Both the position numbers and the translations under genes were made by a program. From positions 68,577 through 132,576 of the forward strand of contig JADZAP010000027.1 of assembly GCA_020852705.1 (NCBI GenBank): a stretch of 64,000 nt of DNA, given 5' to 3'. Of this stretch, positions 29,001 through 37,734 are shown one piece after another. The notes beneath the pieces are model-generated. The model did no database searches and was not told the DNA's origin. It saw only the letters and a program-made list of their open reading frames with translations. The stretch is from Ignavibacteria bacterium. Its GTDB lineage: Bacteria; Bacteroidota; Ignavibacteria; Tepidaquicellales; OLB5. Every line of letters begins with the position of its first letter. The stretch's first letter is position 1.

Positions 29001-29260
29001 ATAACTGGCCAAATCCTGCCTATGGAAAAACAACTAACATTAGGTATTACCTTAATGGGGATGTTACTTCAGTGAATATTAAGATAATGGACCTAGCAGG
29101 TGAGTTGGTAACTAAACTAACAGGGACTACCCACAAGGGTTTTGATAATGAAGTGCCATGGGATATCTCAACTGTTCAAAGCGGTATTTATATAGCCATT
29201 ATAGAGCTTTCAGGAGGTTGTGGTGAAACTGCATCAATAAAAATTGCAGTGGTTAAATAA
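26096..29260 (+). CDS. secreted M6 (InhA)-like pseudo-metalloprotease domain + FG-GAP/beta-propeller repeats + T9SS C-terminal sorting domain
   Basis: 1054 aa, starting 4 nt after the porV stop. The M6-like scaffold includes IIFHAGVG, GLPDLF, FGLMDG, EYFLVENRNRD, GIIVWHIDENV and GVDVEEAKGSQDI. The zinc site reads ATIGSH (A286-H291) instead of HExxH. FG-GAP motifs are CDLNGDGEQEI and ADLNNDGTAEV. The sorting domain reads YNWPNPAYGKTTNIRY...GIYIAIIEL..IKIAVVK. Confidence 0.7.
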   Translation: MIIFNSLIKVRIPAVILLLVSVSFLVYPAQIYSQANNLLTGNTRDKIFRLTHPLNYNPETKTTETYNNIMFRTLLPETLNVYALRVQFKTDDNPQTTGNGRFDVSTNYPDSVDAPPHDSLYFIYKLEFLKNYYYKASKGKLIIKYTLFPGVRNLSNEMESYSPRRTENLSRMGNLFFDVWRSADSTIDFSGINPNNSAFIIFHAGVGRDVDLESQGLFVGQLDLPSIYMSQSSLKSVFGDTTQGYYTNEGLIIKNSCMLPEQEYRIVNTSFGDVYLELGMNGIVVATIGSHLGLPDLFNTNDGTTAIGRFGLMDGQAIFSYLGVFPPEPSAWEKQYLGWVEPNSLFTSGSFTTKAASIDVNGNESVYKILISGKEYFLVENRNRDANNNGQTIYYVSQGVNQSVNFTKDEDGFNSSDIWKLKGSITDVDELDWSLPGLKNDTANYQGGIIVWHIDENVIDAKIASNTINNDINHRGVDVEEAKGSQDIGVVVSTPLGDIISDGFFVDFWYNGNHYRPSNIYRNEFNNTSFPNSKSYSNVNSRVCLSQFSQIGSSMTFNYEVCGDVANINSFPRFVGKDISGNSQAMGFDFNNNGFDEIFVNVNDSLFGFRDNGNSIRVDMPNGYLKDSASTYAAGFLNYSLSGNSKTIIGVTGNKLNLITFNIDSNTTAPLVQSIDAGVRLTTPDLFIGDINQQSVNNIIFSGTQSGRIAKFRTDSLLVTFDSVSNLPIISLARKLNGNLPVSYAYINNSYKFFASSNILFYQPADSVTSPVKITNDNRILRQSLSGGDTVISGNLGILSVNSTPTICDLNGDGEQEIILTADNKIYAINKFGVVLDNFPLSIPNVSSITGGVAVADLNNDGTAEVIFGTGEGRLYAYSINGKILDGFPLLTGGRISSTPAVINSNGNFGLLIYSEDGYLYGFRTEWAYNGNKILWKNFLRNAEHSNNGAGSITTVSSNQPCLPSDKVYNWPNPAYGKTTNIRYYLNGDVTSVNIKIMDLAGELVTKLTGTTHKGFDNEVPWDISTVQSGIYIAIIELSGGCGETASIKIAVVK

Positions 29261-29295
29261 AAAGGTTTAATTAATTTGTTATCTAAATTTTAAAT

Positions 29296-29327
29296 AACCC
29301 CGTGAATATTTGATACGGGGTTTTTTA
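29296..29327 (+). terminator. rho-independent terminator of the porU-porV-ORF1054 operon
   Basis: The stem aaccccgt/acggggtt is 8 bp with an 11-nt loop, followed by a T-run. It lies about 35 nt after the stop. Confidence 0.8.
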
Positions 29328-29343
29328 TTGCTTCTTTATAATT

Positions 29344-30450
29344 ATGCCTACAATAGATATAATTACAAATTCAATTCTTTTCGCATATCTGTTAATGCAT
29401 TTTATTATGCTTATTGGGCTATTGATAAATTCACGTAAAGCGAAGCGATCAATTTTTGAACCTAAAGTTTCTGTTATTGTTTGTGCAAAAGATGAAGAAT
29501 TCAGTATAGAAGCATGTATTAAATCATTATTAAGTCTTAATTATCCGGCAGAAAAACTTGAAGCAATTTTGGTAAATGACAGATCGGTTGATAAAACGGC
29601 AGATATTATGCAGAGCTATAGCAGTAAATATTCTCAGTTAAAATATTTGGAAATAAAAGAACAATTGGAGAATATGAAAGGTAAGACTAATGCTCTTGCT
29701 CAAGCAATTAAAACTGCTACAGGAGAAGTAATTTTTACGACAGATGCCGATATTGAAGTGAATAAGAATTGGGTAAGAAGAATGCTTGATTATTATAAAT
29801 CAGATACCGGTGTAGCTGCAGGGTATTCAGTAATAAAGCCGGGAAAATTATTTTACAGTCTTCAATCAGCAGATTGGCTTTATCTGCTTTCAGTAGCAGC
29901 CGGAGGCGATGGGGTTGGAATACCAATAAGCTGTGTAGGAAATAATATGTCTTTCATTAAAAAAGCATACGATGAAATTGGAGGATATGAAAAAATAAAA
30001 TTTTCAATTACCGAAGATTTTATGCTGCTGCAAAAGATACATAAAGAGTCATCATTTAAACATACAATCTTTCCTATTGATGATGAAACTAAAAATATTA
30101 CTCTTCCTTGTACAAATTTAACACAGTTATTTAGACAAAAAAAACGATGGGCTATGGGCGGTTTAGGAGAGTTTAACCTAGGTATAGTTGTAGGAATACT
30201 TTCATGGTTAACGGGAGCTGTAATTTTGAGCGGTTGGGCGTATATGCAAATTAATAACTGGCTGTTTTTTATTTTGGTAAAATTTATTTTTGATTGTGTG
30301 TTCCTTTTTCCCTCAATAAAAGAATTCAGGATGTATAAAATTTATCTTTATTTACCATTTTATGAAATATATTTTGCCGTTTATGTAATAATTACATCTG
30401 TATTAATTGCAATAAACAGAAAAGTAATATGGAAGGATCAAAAGATATAA
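29344..30450 (+). CDS. membrane-bound glycosyltransferase family 2 (processive type, QxxRW)
   Basis: 368 aa with an N-terminal TM and C-terminal TM helices. Motifs are VIVCAKDEE, NDRSVDKT, TDADIEV and FRQKKRWAMGG. Confidence 0.8.
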   Translation: MPTIDIITNSILFAYLLMHFIMLIGLLINSRKAKRSIFEPKVSVIVCAKDEEFSIEACIKSLLSLNYPAEKLEAILVNDRSVDKTADIMQSYSSKYSQLKYLEIKEQLENMKGKTNALAQAIKTATGEVIFTTDADIEVNKNWVRRMLDYYKSDTGVAAGYSVIKPGKLFYSLQSADWLYLLSVAAGGDGVGIPISCVGNNMSFIKKAYDEIGGYEKIKFSITEDFMLLQKIHKESSFKHTIFPIDDETKNITLPCTNLTQLFRQKKRWAMGGLGEFNLGIVVGILSWLTGAVILSGWAYMQINNWLFFILVKFIFDCVFLFPSIKEFRMYKIYLYLPFYEIYFAVYVIITSVLIAINRKVIWKDQKI

Positions 30451-30491
30451 TCAGTGATTAATATAATCAGTAATTATTCAGAGCAAAAAAT

Positions 30492-30848
30492 TTAATCATA
30501 ATAACCGGTAATTTCATTTCCTAAAAATTTTATTGTCCAAGCAATAACCCCAATATCATCTAAAAACCCAACAAGCGGAGCAAAATCAGGTATAGCATCA
30601 ACAGGTGTAATAAAATAAACAAGTGCTGCTATTACAACAGATTTTCTGTACCATTTTATATTTTTATCCATCATATATCTTCTTAAGGCTTTTAGGTGAC
30701 TAAAGATTTTGAATATGTTTTTTTTATTAACCCTTGTTTTAATTTCAACATTTTTATCCAGTTCAAAAATCTCTGTTTCAGTAAGCGGTTTTTCGGGATA
30801 AAATTCTTCAGGGATATTAATATCGGTAATTTCTTTATGGTTTTTCAA
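30492..30848 (-). CDS. DUF1232 (YkvA-like) membrane protein
   Basis: 118 aa. YFITPVDAIPDFAPLVGFLDDIGV is the DUF1232 signature. Confidence 0.7.
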   Translation of the reverse strand: MKNHKEITDINIPEEFYPEKPLTETEIFELDKNVEIKTRVNKKNIFKIFSHLKALRRYMMDKNIKWYRKSVVIAALVYFITPVDAIPDFAPLVGFLDDIGVIAWTIKFLGNEITGYYD

Positions 30849-30860
30849 TGATATATAATT

Positions 30861-31550
30861 TTATTTTATTAATAAATTAATCAAATCCAAATACGGTTTA
30901 GCAACAAAAGTAATTATTGATACAAAGATTCCACTAAACCCCGGCACAAAATTAAACAATGCAAGTATTATAAATATTCCCAAAAAACCAATATTTCTGT
31001 ACCTAAAAGCAAGTTCATCTGGAAGCATGTTAGCAAGTACATGAGAACCGTCAAGCGGGGGAATTGGTAACATGTTAAATACCGCGAGCGATACGTTTAA
31101 AACAACTCCGGCATAGAACATTTTTAAAAGATAGTTTAAAAATTCATATCCAAATGAGCCTTCTGCGGGATTTACGTTATTTAACAGGTAAAACATTCCT
31201 GCAGTACCAAAAACACAAATAAAAGCAATTATCAGGTTAGATATTGGTCCAGCAAGTGTAACAAGGTTATCATCACGTTTAAAGTGCCTAAAGTTTCTAG
31301 GATCAATTGGAACCGGCTTTGCCCATGCAATAAAAACTCTTCCGGTTGCAATAATAGAAAACAGTGGAACAATGATAGAACCTAAAAGATCAATATGAGG
31401 AACAGGGTTCAGAGTTATTCGCCCAAGATCTTTTGCAGTTGAATCACCGCAGCGCAAAGCTACCCAGCCATGTGCTATTTCATGTATAACTACTGAAAAA
31501 ACAAGTATGGGTATAATATAAATGTTTTCGGTGTATGATTTAAGATCCAT
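30861..31550 (-). CDS. site-2 protease family (M50) zinc metalloprotease
   Basis: 229 aa and polytopic. It has HEIAHG in the first TM, plus NMLPIPPLDGSH. Confidence 0.8.
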   Translation of the reverse strand: MDLKSYTENIYIIPILVFSVVIHEIAHGWVALRCGDSTAKDLGRITLNPVPHIDLLGSIIVPLFSIIATGRVFIAWAKPVPIDPRNFRHFKRDDNLVTLAGPISNLIIAFICVFGTAGMFYLLNNVNPAEGSFGYEFLNYLLKMFYAGVVLNVSLAVFNMLPIPPLDGSHVLANMLPDELAFRYRNIGFLGIFIILALFNFVPGFSGIFVSIITFVAKPYLDLINLLIK

Positions 31551-31578
31551 TAATTTATCTTCTGAAAATTTTTTAATA

Positions 31579-32337
31579 TTAAAATCTTATAATGGGGAAT
31601 TTTGTTTTTGTTGTTACGCTTACAAATGAATTATTTTTCATGTAATTATATTTTACAGTGAAATCGAGTATAAATAAAGTGAATCCAATGCCAGCACCAA
31701 TGCTTATTTTAGATTCATTGAGGGGAAGTCCATCAAAAGATCTGTTCACATCATAATTTCTTTTTATATTATTGCTTTTTACATCTATTGAAAGAAAAGG
31801 CATTGTAAACGATGACCTGAAGATTTTTGAAAGAGAGTAATCAATATTCAGTCCAAACGATAATATTTTTGTTCGAAAACTGCTTAGAAGATTAATAGTT
31901 CTGAATTCATCCGGGGAGTTGTATGAATAATAATTTATTTCTCCTCCAATTACAAATGGAAATATACCTGTTGATGAAAACTCAAGTCGTCCAAGTAAAC
32001 CAAAAGCCGGGTTACCTGTTTCGGAAAATTTGGTTAAAGGTATTCCAAGTCCTCCACCGAGTCCAATAAAAAGAGCACTTATAGATTTTTTTTTAATTAG
32101 ATGTTTTTGAGTTGAATCTTGAAATAAAATAATTTCAGAATTATCAAATTGTAATTTATTAATATAATGCGGTATATTCTTAATTTCATAAAAACTTTTT
32201 ATTCCTGATTGAGAATATGAATTTGATAAATTAATACAAATCAAAGTAAGTAACATTAGTGCTATACCAATATTGTTGCGGAAGCTGCAAATAAATAATG
32301 AATTTATTTCTATTGGTTTAAGAATTTGTTTTATCAA
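31579..32337 (-). CDS. putative outer-membrane beta-barrel protein
   Basis: 252 aa with a signal-like N-terminus, alternating amphipathic strands, Gly-rich turns and a C-terminal aromatic residue (..FPIIRF). Confidence 0.45.
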   Translation of the reverse strand: MIKQILKPIEINSLFICSFRNNIGIALMLLTLICINLSNSYSQSGIKSFYEIKNIPHYINKLQFDNSEIILFQDSTQKHLIKKKSISALFIGLGGGLGIPLTKFSETGNPAFGLLGRLEFSSTGIFPFVIGGEINYYSYNSPDEFRTINLLSSFRTKILSFGLNIDYSLSKIFRSSFTMPFLSIDVKSNNIKRNYDVNRSFDGLPLNESKISIGAGIGFTLFILDFTVKYNYMKNNSFVSVTTKTKFPIIRF

Positions 32338-32346
32338 TATAAACTA

Positions 32347-33204
32347 TTATTTTATTATGTAGTTAGAAAATAACTTATACAGTTTATTTGCATTGGTTTT
32401 ATTCAGGCTTTTTTTAATAAACGCTAAGTTAACGGTTTCAATTCCCATTAAAATATAAAACATTAACAATTCAAAATTTTCATTTTTAAGCGTATCAAGG
32501 TGATATTTTATTGTAACTTTATCGTTTCTTTCAATAGGTCCTGTTAGAGATTTTACTGCGCCATACATTGATATATTTTTCAATGTTTTCTCAGCAAGCG
32601 GTCTATATATGTTCAAAAATGAAACATTTTTAAATCCATTAATTTGTATCTTTTTTCTGCCGATTTCTTCAATTCTGTAATTTAAAACAGAAAGATAATT
32701 AGACGCAATTACACAGCATATATGATGATAGATCTTATTCTTTTTCTTTATTTTAAACGGAATTGAACCTATATTTTTCGCAGCAGTTTCTGCTGCAGTG
32801 ATTGCCTTTTTATCACCTTCAATTGCAACATAAATTTTTTGAAAACTCCCGTTTTTTTTATTTACTTTTTTTGCAAAGCTTTGAACCGGATGGAAAGAAG
32901 CTTTCAGCACACCGGTATTGTTAAGACAAATAAATTCATCGCTTGTTAATGCACCCGATGTATGCATAATTATTTTACCTTTTAACGGAATATGAAGCTT
33001 TGCAATTTTAACTGCAGTATTTTTTATTTGTGAATCCTTAACACATAAAATTATAATATTTGAAAAAGTAATTTTTTTTACAGCATTTAATTTAAAATCA
33101 CTTTGGGAATTTATGGAAATTACTTTATATTTACGGGTACTCTTTAATGCATAATATAAAGAAGTACCAAGCTTTCCTAATCCGATAATTAATATTTTTT
33201 TCAA
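32347..33204 (-). CDS. Rossmann-like / DUF2520 domain protein
   Basis: 285 aa with N-terminal ILIIGLGKLGTSL and the C-terminal LTGPIERND motif typical of DUF2520. Confidence 0.6.
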   Translation of the reverse strand: MKKILIIGLGKLGTSLYYALKSTRKYKVISINSQSDFKLNAVKKITFSNIIILCVKDSQIKNTAVKIAKLHIPLKGKIIMHTSGALTSDEFICLNNTGVLKASFHPVQSFAKKVNKKNGSFQKIYVAIEGDKKAITAAETAAKNIGSIPFKIKKKNKIYHHICCVIASNYLSVLNYRIEEIGRKKIQINGFKNVSFLNIYRPLAEKTLKNISMYGAVKSLTGPIERNDKVTIKYHLDTLKNENFELLMFYILMGIETVNLAFIKKSLNKTNANKLYKLFSNYIIK

Positions 33205-33213
33205 TTTTAGTGT

Positions 33214-33669
33214 TTACAATTCGTTTTTGCTCTTCAGAGTAATGGTAACGGGTCCATCATTAACAAGTTTTACTTTCATCATTGCTCCAAACATACCGGT
33301 ATGAACTTTGTCATGTCCAATAAGGTTAATTACTTCATTAATAAAATATTGGTACAGCTCTTTTGCTCTAATTGGTTCAGCTGCTTCGGTGAAACTTGGG
33401 CGGTTACCGTGTCTGGTTTCTGCATGTAAGGTAAACTGAGAAACAATCATAATATCAAAACCAGAATCAAGCAATGAATGATTCATCTTATCATTTTCAT
33501 CACAGAAAACCCTTAAATTAACAACTTTTGATGCCAGATATTCAGCTTCGGGTTCATTATCACCTTGCTTTATTCCAAGCAAAACCAATAAACCTTGATT
33601 CATGAAGTCAATTATTTCAGAGCCTACGCTTACACTGCACTCAGAAGTTCTTTGTACAAGAGCAATCAA
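33214..33669 (-). CDS. dtd: D-aminoacyl-tRNA deacylase
   Basis: 151 aa with MIALVQR..., SQFTLHA, RPSF and NDGPVTI motifs. Confidence 0.9.
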   Translation of the reverse strand: MIALVQRTSECSVSVGSEIIDFMNQGLLVLLGIKQGDNEPEAEYLASKVVNLRVFCDENDKMNHSLLDSGFDIMIVSQFTLHAETRHGNRPSFTEAAEPIRAKELYQYFINEVINLIGHDKVHTGMFGAMMKVKLVNDGPVTITLKSKNEL

Positions 33670-33671
33670 TT

Positions 33672-34544
33672 TTATCTGCTGCCTTTCAATTCCAAAACTC
33701 TTGGAATTTTTATCAGATCATTATATAAATTATAATCAGTAATTTTAAAGTTGTTTAAAATTTTTATAATGTTGTTTTTTTTACCATCTCCAAGCTCAAG
33801 AAATACCTGAGGTTTTTTATAAGTGCTATTATACAGTTCAAATATCTTTATATAAAACTTCAAACCATCGGCTCCGTCAGTCAATGCAAAATATGGTTCA
33901 AAAGCATGAACTTCGGTATTTAAATGCGGCACTTCTACTGATGGAATATAGGGGGGATTGCTGACTATAATGTCATATTCCTCAAACGAAATATCCCCTT
34001 TCAGGAAATCTGATACTAAAAAATTAATTTCCCCTTTTAATGAATTGTTTGCAGCATTTACTTTTGCAAGCTCAATAGCTTCAATACTAATATCAATTGC
34101 ATTTATAATACATTCAGCGTTAGCTGCAATAGAAATTGCAATACATCCAGAACCTGTCCCAATTTCAAGGATTTTAGGTAACTTAAATTTATTATCATTT
34201 ATATATTCAAGAGTTTTATCAATAAGCAGTTCGGTTTCCTGCCTGGGTATAAGTACATTTTTATTTACATTAATTGTTAGTCCGTAAAACTCTGTTTTAC
34301 CAATAATATATTGCAATGGCTCAAAATTAAGCCTTCTTTTTACGAATTCTCTGTAATTAGAGACTTCAATTTGAGTAAGCGGTTTATCATAATTTAAATA
34401 AAGTTCAATTCGTTTATCTCCCGTAGCATGACATAAAAGTAGCTCTGCATTAAGCCGCGAATTAGAGATTCCTTTTTTAAGGAAAGCTTCCTCAGTAACT
34501 TTTAAAATTTCCAAAACATGCCAGGTCTTAACGGCTTCTGACAT
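33672..34544 (-). CDS. prmC: peptide chain release factor N5-glutamine methyltransferase
   Basis: 290 aa with PLQYIIG..F, IPRQETE, the SAM motif ILEIGTGSGCI, and SNPPY. Confidence 0.85.
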   Translation of the reverse strand: MSEAVKTWHVLEILKVTEEAFLKKGISNSRLNAELLLCHATGDKRIELYLNYDKPLTQIEVSNYREFVKRRLNFEPLQYIIGKTEFYGLTINVNKNVLIPRQETELLIDKTLEYINDNKFKLPKILEIGTGSGCIAISIAANAECIINAIDISIEAIELAKVNAANNSLKGEINFLVSDFLKGDISFEEYDIIVSNPPYIPSVEVPHLNTEVHAFEPYFALTDGADGLKFYIKIFELYNSTYKKPQVFLELGDGKKNNIIKILNNFKITDYNLYNDLIKIPRVLELKGSR

Positions 34545-34589
34545 TAATATAAAAATAGAATATTACTTTTAACATACAGAGGAAAAAAT

Positions 34590-36299
34590 TTAATAATTAT
34601 AATTGATTTGAAATGCACCGGGATTTTTATTTTCAAACATTACTTCGCCTCTTATTACAGTCATTAATACTTTAGTTTTTAAAAGAACTGCTGGATCATT
34701 TGCAATAATATCTTCTGAAAGTACAACCATATCTGCAAACTTATCTTTTTCAAGTGTGCCTTTCAGGTCATCTGCAAACGATGCATAAGCGGAATAAACA
34801 GTAAAAGATTTAAGAGCATCAAGAACAGAAAGTTTTTGTGCAGAATTGTTTACTGTTCTGTTAGCGGCAGTATCAAGGGATAAACCGCTTGAAAGGTAAT
34901 ACATTATAATAAGGGGATTAATAGTATGATACGGGAAATCAGTCCCAGATATAATATAATTATTTTGTTTAAACAGATTGCTCCACAATCCAAGATTCTG
35001 TCCGTTTTCAGGCTTTATCATATCCGTTAAATAATATTTATCTGCCAGTGTTACTTCAGGACGTATGCTTGGTATTATTTCTAATTGTTTTATACGCTGC
35101 ATATCATTAGGGTTAACAAATTCCAGATATTCTAATCTTGTTCTGCCCGCTTTAGATTTTACCTCTTTGTTTACCGATTCAATTGCATTAAGGGTTTGTG
35201 TTACAGCTCTATCGCCAACAGTTTTTATTGAAACCTGGAAATTATTTTCATTTGCCTTTTTAGTCATTTCTTTAATATCAAAATCATCATTAAACGGTGT
35301 CATTCTTTTGGGGTCTTCATTATAGTCATCATTCATAGCGGCATCCTGTGTTTCAAAATAACCATCATATTCAAGACTGAAACATTTAATATTAATCCTG
35401 TCCTTATAATTTTCAGGTCCGCTTTGAACGTATTTATCAAACAAAGGACCTTTGCCGGGTATCATTGCATAAAGTCTGATTGGAAATTTATTATCATCAA
35501 CCATTTTTTTGTAAACACTTAACCCCTGCTCGGTTATGTTTGCATCATTAATTTCAGTAATACCGTACTTAAATAGTTCATTAATTCCTCTGGAAATATT
35601 ATTCATCACTTCCTGTTCAGAAGGCTGAGGAAGAATATTAATTACAAATGACTGAGCTGACTCGTAAAATAAACCTGTAGGATTTCCTGCTTCATCAAAA
35701 CCTATAGCACCACCATCGGGATCAGGGGTTTGTTTATTTATTTTTGTCAAATCGAGCACTTTTTTATTTACCCAGGTTGTATTTCCTAAGGCATTAACAA
35801 GATAAATATATTGCTGAGAAGAAACAGCATCAAGCAAAGAGTGGTTCAGTTTTTGCAGGTCAGTATCAGAGAGCTTAAGTTCATCCCAGCCAAATCCGCC
35901 TATCCATTCATCAGGTTTAGAGATTTTAACCCGCTCCCTTACAAGATTAAGAATTTCATTAACAGAATGAGCATTACGAAGGTCAAGCAGACTTAACTGT
36001 TTGGAAAACTCCATTAAATTAGCTTCGGCATCAATAAAACCCGGAACAACCGTTTTTCCTTTCAGATCAATTAACTTTGCATCTTTGTATTTTTCAGTCA
36101 GTTCACTTGATTTTCCCAAAGCAAGTATTTTACCCTCATGAACAGCTATAGCTTCAACAATAGTGTTATTTTTATCCAGAGTGTAAATTTTACCATTAAC
36201 AAAAATAACTTCAGGAGTTTTGGTGCATGCGCTTAAAAAGATGCAAAATACTGCAATAAAAAGCAAACTTAAAACCTTTTTAGCTTTTAGAGATATCAT
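34590..36299 (-). CDS. amidohydrolase family lipoprotein (Amidohydro_3/YtcJ-like)
   Basis: 569 aa with lipobox FLSAC. It has N-terminal GKIYT..VAVHEGKIL..G, VPGFIDAE and a C-terminal ADMVVLS..TVIRGE pattern. Confidence 0.7.
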   Translation of the reverse strand: MISLKAKKVLSLLFIAVFCIFLSACTKTPEVIFVNGKIYTLDKNNTIVEAIAVHEGKILALGKSSELTEKYKDAKLIDLKGKTVVPGFIDAEANLMEFSKQLSLLDLRNAHSVNEILNLVRERVKISKPDEWIGGFGWDELKLSDTDLQKLNHSLLDAVSSQQYIYLVNALGNTTWVNKKVLDLTKINKQTPDPDGGAIGFDEAGNPTGLFYESAQSFVINILPQPSEQEVMNNISRGINELFKYGITEINDANITEQGLSVYKKMVDDNKFPIRLYAMIPGKGPLFDKYVQSGPENYKDRINIKCFSLEYDGYFETQDAAMNDDYNEDPKRMTPFNDDFDIKEMTKKANENNFQVSIKTVGDRAVTQTLNAIESVNKEVKSKAGRTRLEYLEFVNPNDMQRIKQLEIIPSIRPEVTLADKYYLTDMIKPENGQNLGLWSNLFKQNNYIISGTDFPYHTINPLIIMYYLSSGLSLDTAANRTVNNSAQKLSVLDALKSFTVYSAYASFADDLKGTLEKDKFADMVVLSEDIIANDPAVLLKTKVLMTVIRGEVMFENKNPGAFQINYNY

Positions 36300-36595
36300 A
36301 AACTTAGATTAATTTTTACAGCAATTTATATTTATTATTGCAAATATAGCCAAATTAAAAGATATGAAAAATGATTATAAATTCACAATTTATATAAGAG
36401 CAAATGAAATTATTTTTTTTAAAAGAGGTAAAATGAATGAATTTAACATCTAATAATAAATCTAAAAATTATATATTATTTTAGAAAAGATAATATAAAA
36501 TTTTTTGTATCTAATATTTAGTTCTACCGAATTTGTAACAATTATAAATCAATTCCCGATTTGTATGTTTAATCTCTCATATATTAAACATAATT

Positions 36596-37729
36596 TTGTT
36601 ATATATGGATGAAAACAGGAAAATTCTTGCAAAGAAATATGAGAAGATCAAACTTACCGTCAATATAATTGAATCAATTTTCTCAATGATTTTACTTCTT
36701 TTATACCTTTATTTGGGATACAGTAAAAAGCTAGAAGTATATGCGTATGGATTTACTTCAAATCCATATATTGCCCTTATTATTTACGGTTTTGTATTAG
36801 CTGTTATTAGCTCTGTAATTTCTTTTCCAATTGAATATATTTTTGGGTACAGACTTGAACATAAATTCGGGCTATCAAATTTAACATTTTGGGGGTGGAT
36901 TGGTGAGAAAGTTAAAGCCGCTTTAATTGGCGGTGTAATAGGTGCTCCAATTGTGTTTTTGTTTTATTGGCTTTTATTAAATTATACACTTTGGTGGTTT
37001 TACCTTGGATGTATTGTATTTGGTTATTCGGTAATTCTTGCAAAGTTAGCACCTGTTCTGATTTTTCCGCTATTTTATAAATTCACACCAATAGAAAATG
37101 TAGATCTTAAAAATAAATTAATGGAACTTTGCACAAGAGCTGGATTTAAAGTCAGCGGCGTTTTTAAATTTAATATGAGTAAAACTACCAAAAAGGCAAA
37201 TGCAGCATTTACAGGTCTTGGTAAAACCAAACGCATTATTTTAGGTGATACACTGCTGGAAACTTTTACAGAAAAAGAAATTGAAACAGTATTTGCCCAT
37301 GAACTAGGTCATTATAAAAAGGGACATGTTGTTAAGAATATTTTTATTTCGCTCTTTGGTACATTTGCGGGACTCTTTATCATGTCAAAACTGTATGAAT
37401 TGCTTCTTCCCGTATTTGGTTTCATAATGCCGTATGAAATAGCGGCTCTGCCGCTGCTTGCAGCTATTGCGGCAATTTACAGCTTTTTGCTTAGCCCACT
37501 TACAAATGCAATTTCAAGAAAATTTGAGTTTGAAGCGGATAGATTTGCAATTGATACAACCAAGGATCCTGAAACTCTCGCAAGCACCATGACAAAGCTG
37601 GCTGACCAAAACCTTGCAGATGATGAACCAAATAAAATTGTTGAATTCTGGTCTTACTCTCACCCATCCATAAAACGCAGAATTGAAGCTGCAAGCAGTT
37701 ATTACAGGTTAAAATATAAAGGAGTATAA
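36596..37729 (+). CDS. M48 family (Ste24/HtpX-like) zinc metalloprotease
   Basis: 377 aa and polytopic, with HELGHYKKGH and a later EFEADRFA. The track start is TTG. An in-frame ATG at 36605 is an alternative start. Confidence 0.8.
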   Translation: MLYMDENRKILAKKYEKIKLTVNIIESIFSMILLLLYLYLGYSKKLEVYAYGFTSNPYIALIIYGFVLAVISSVISFPIEYIFGYRLEHKFGLSNLTFWGWIGEKVKAALIGGVIGAPIVFLFYWLLLNYTLWWFYLGCIVFGYSVILAKLAPVLIFPLFYKFTPIENVDLKNKLMELCTRAGFKVSGVFKFNMSKTTKKANAAFTGLGKTKRIILGDTLLETFTEKEIETVFAHELGHYKKGHVVKNIFISLFGTFAGLFIMSKLYELLLPVFGFIMPYEIAALPLLAAIAAIYSFLLSPLTNAISRKFEFEADRFAIDTTKDPETLASTMTKLADQNLADDEPNKIVEFWSYSHPSIKRRIEAASSYYRLKYKGV

Positions 37730-37734
37730 TCATT

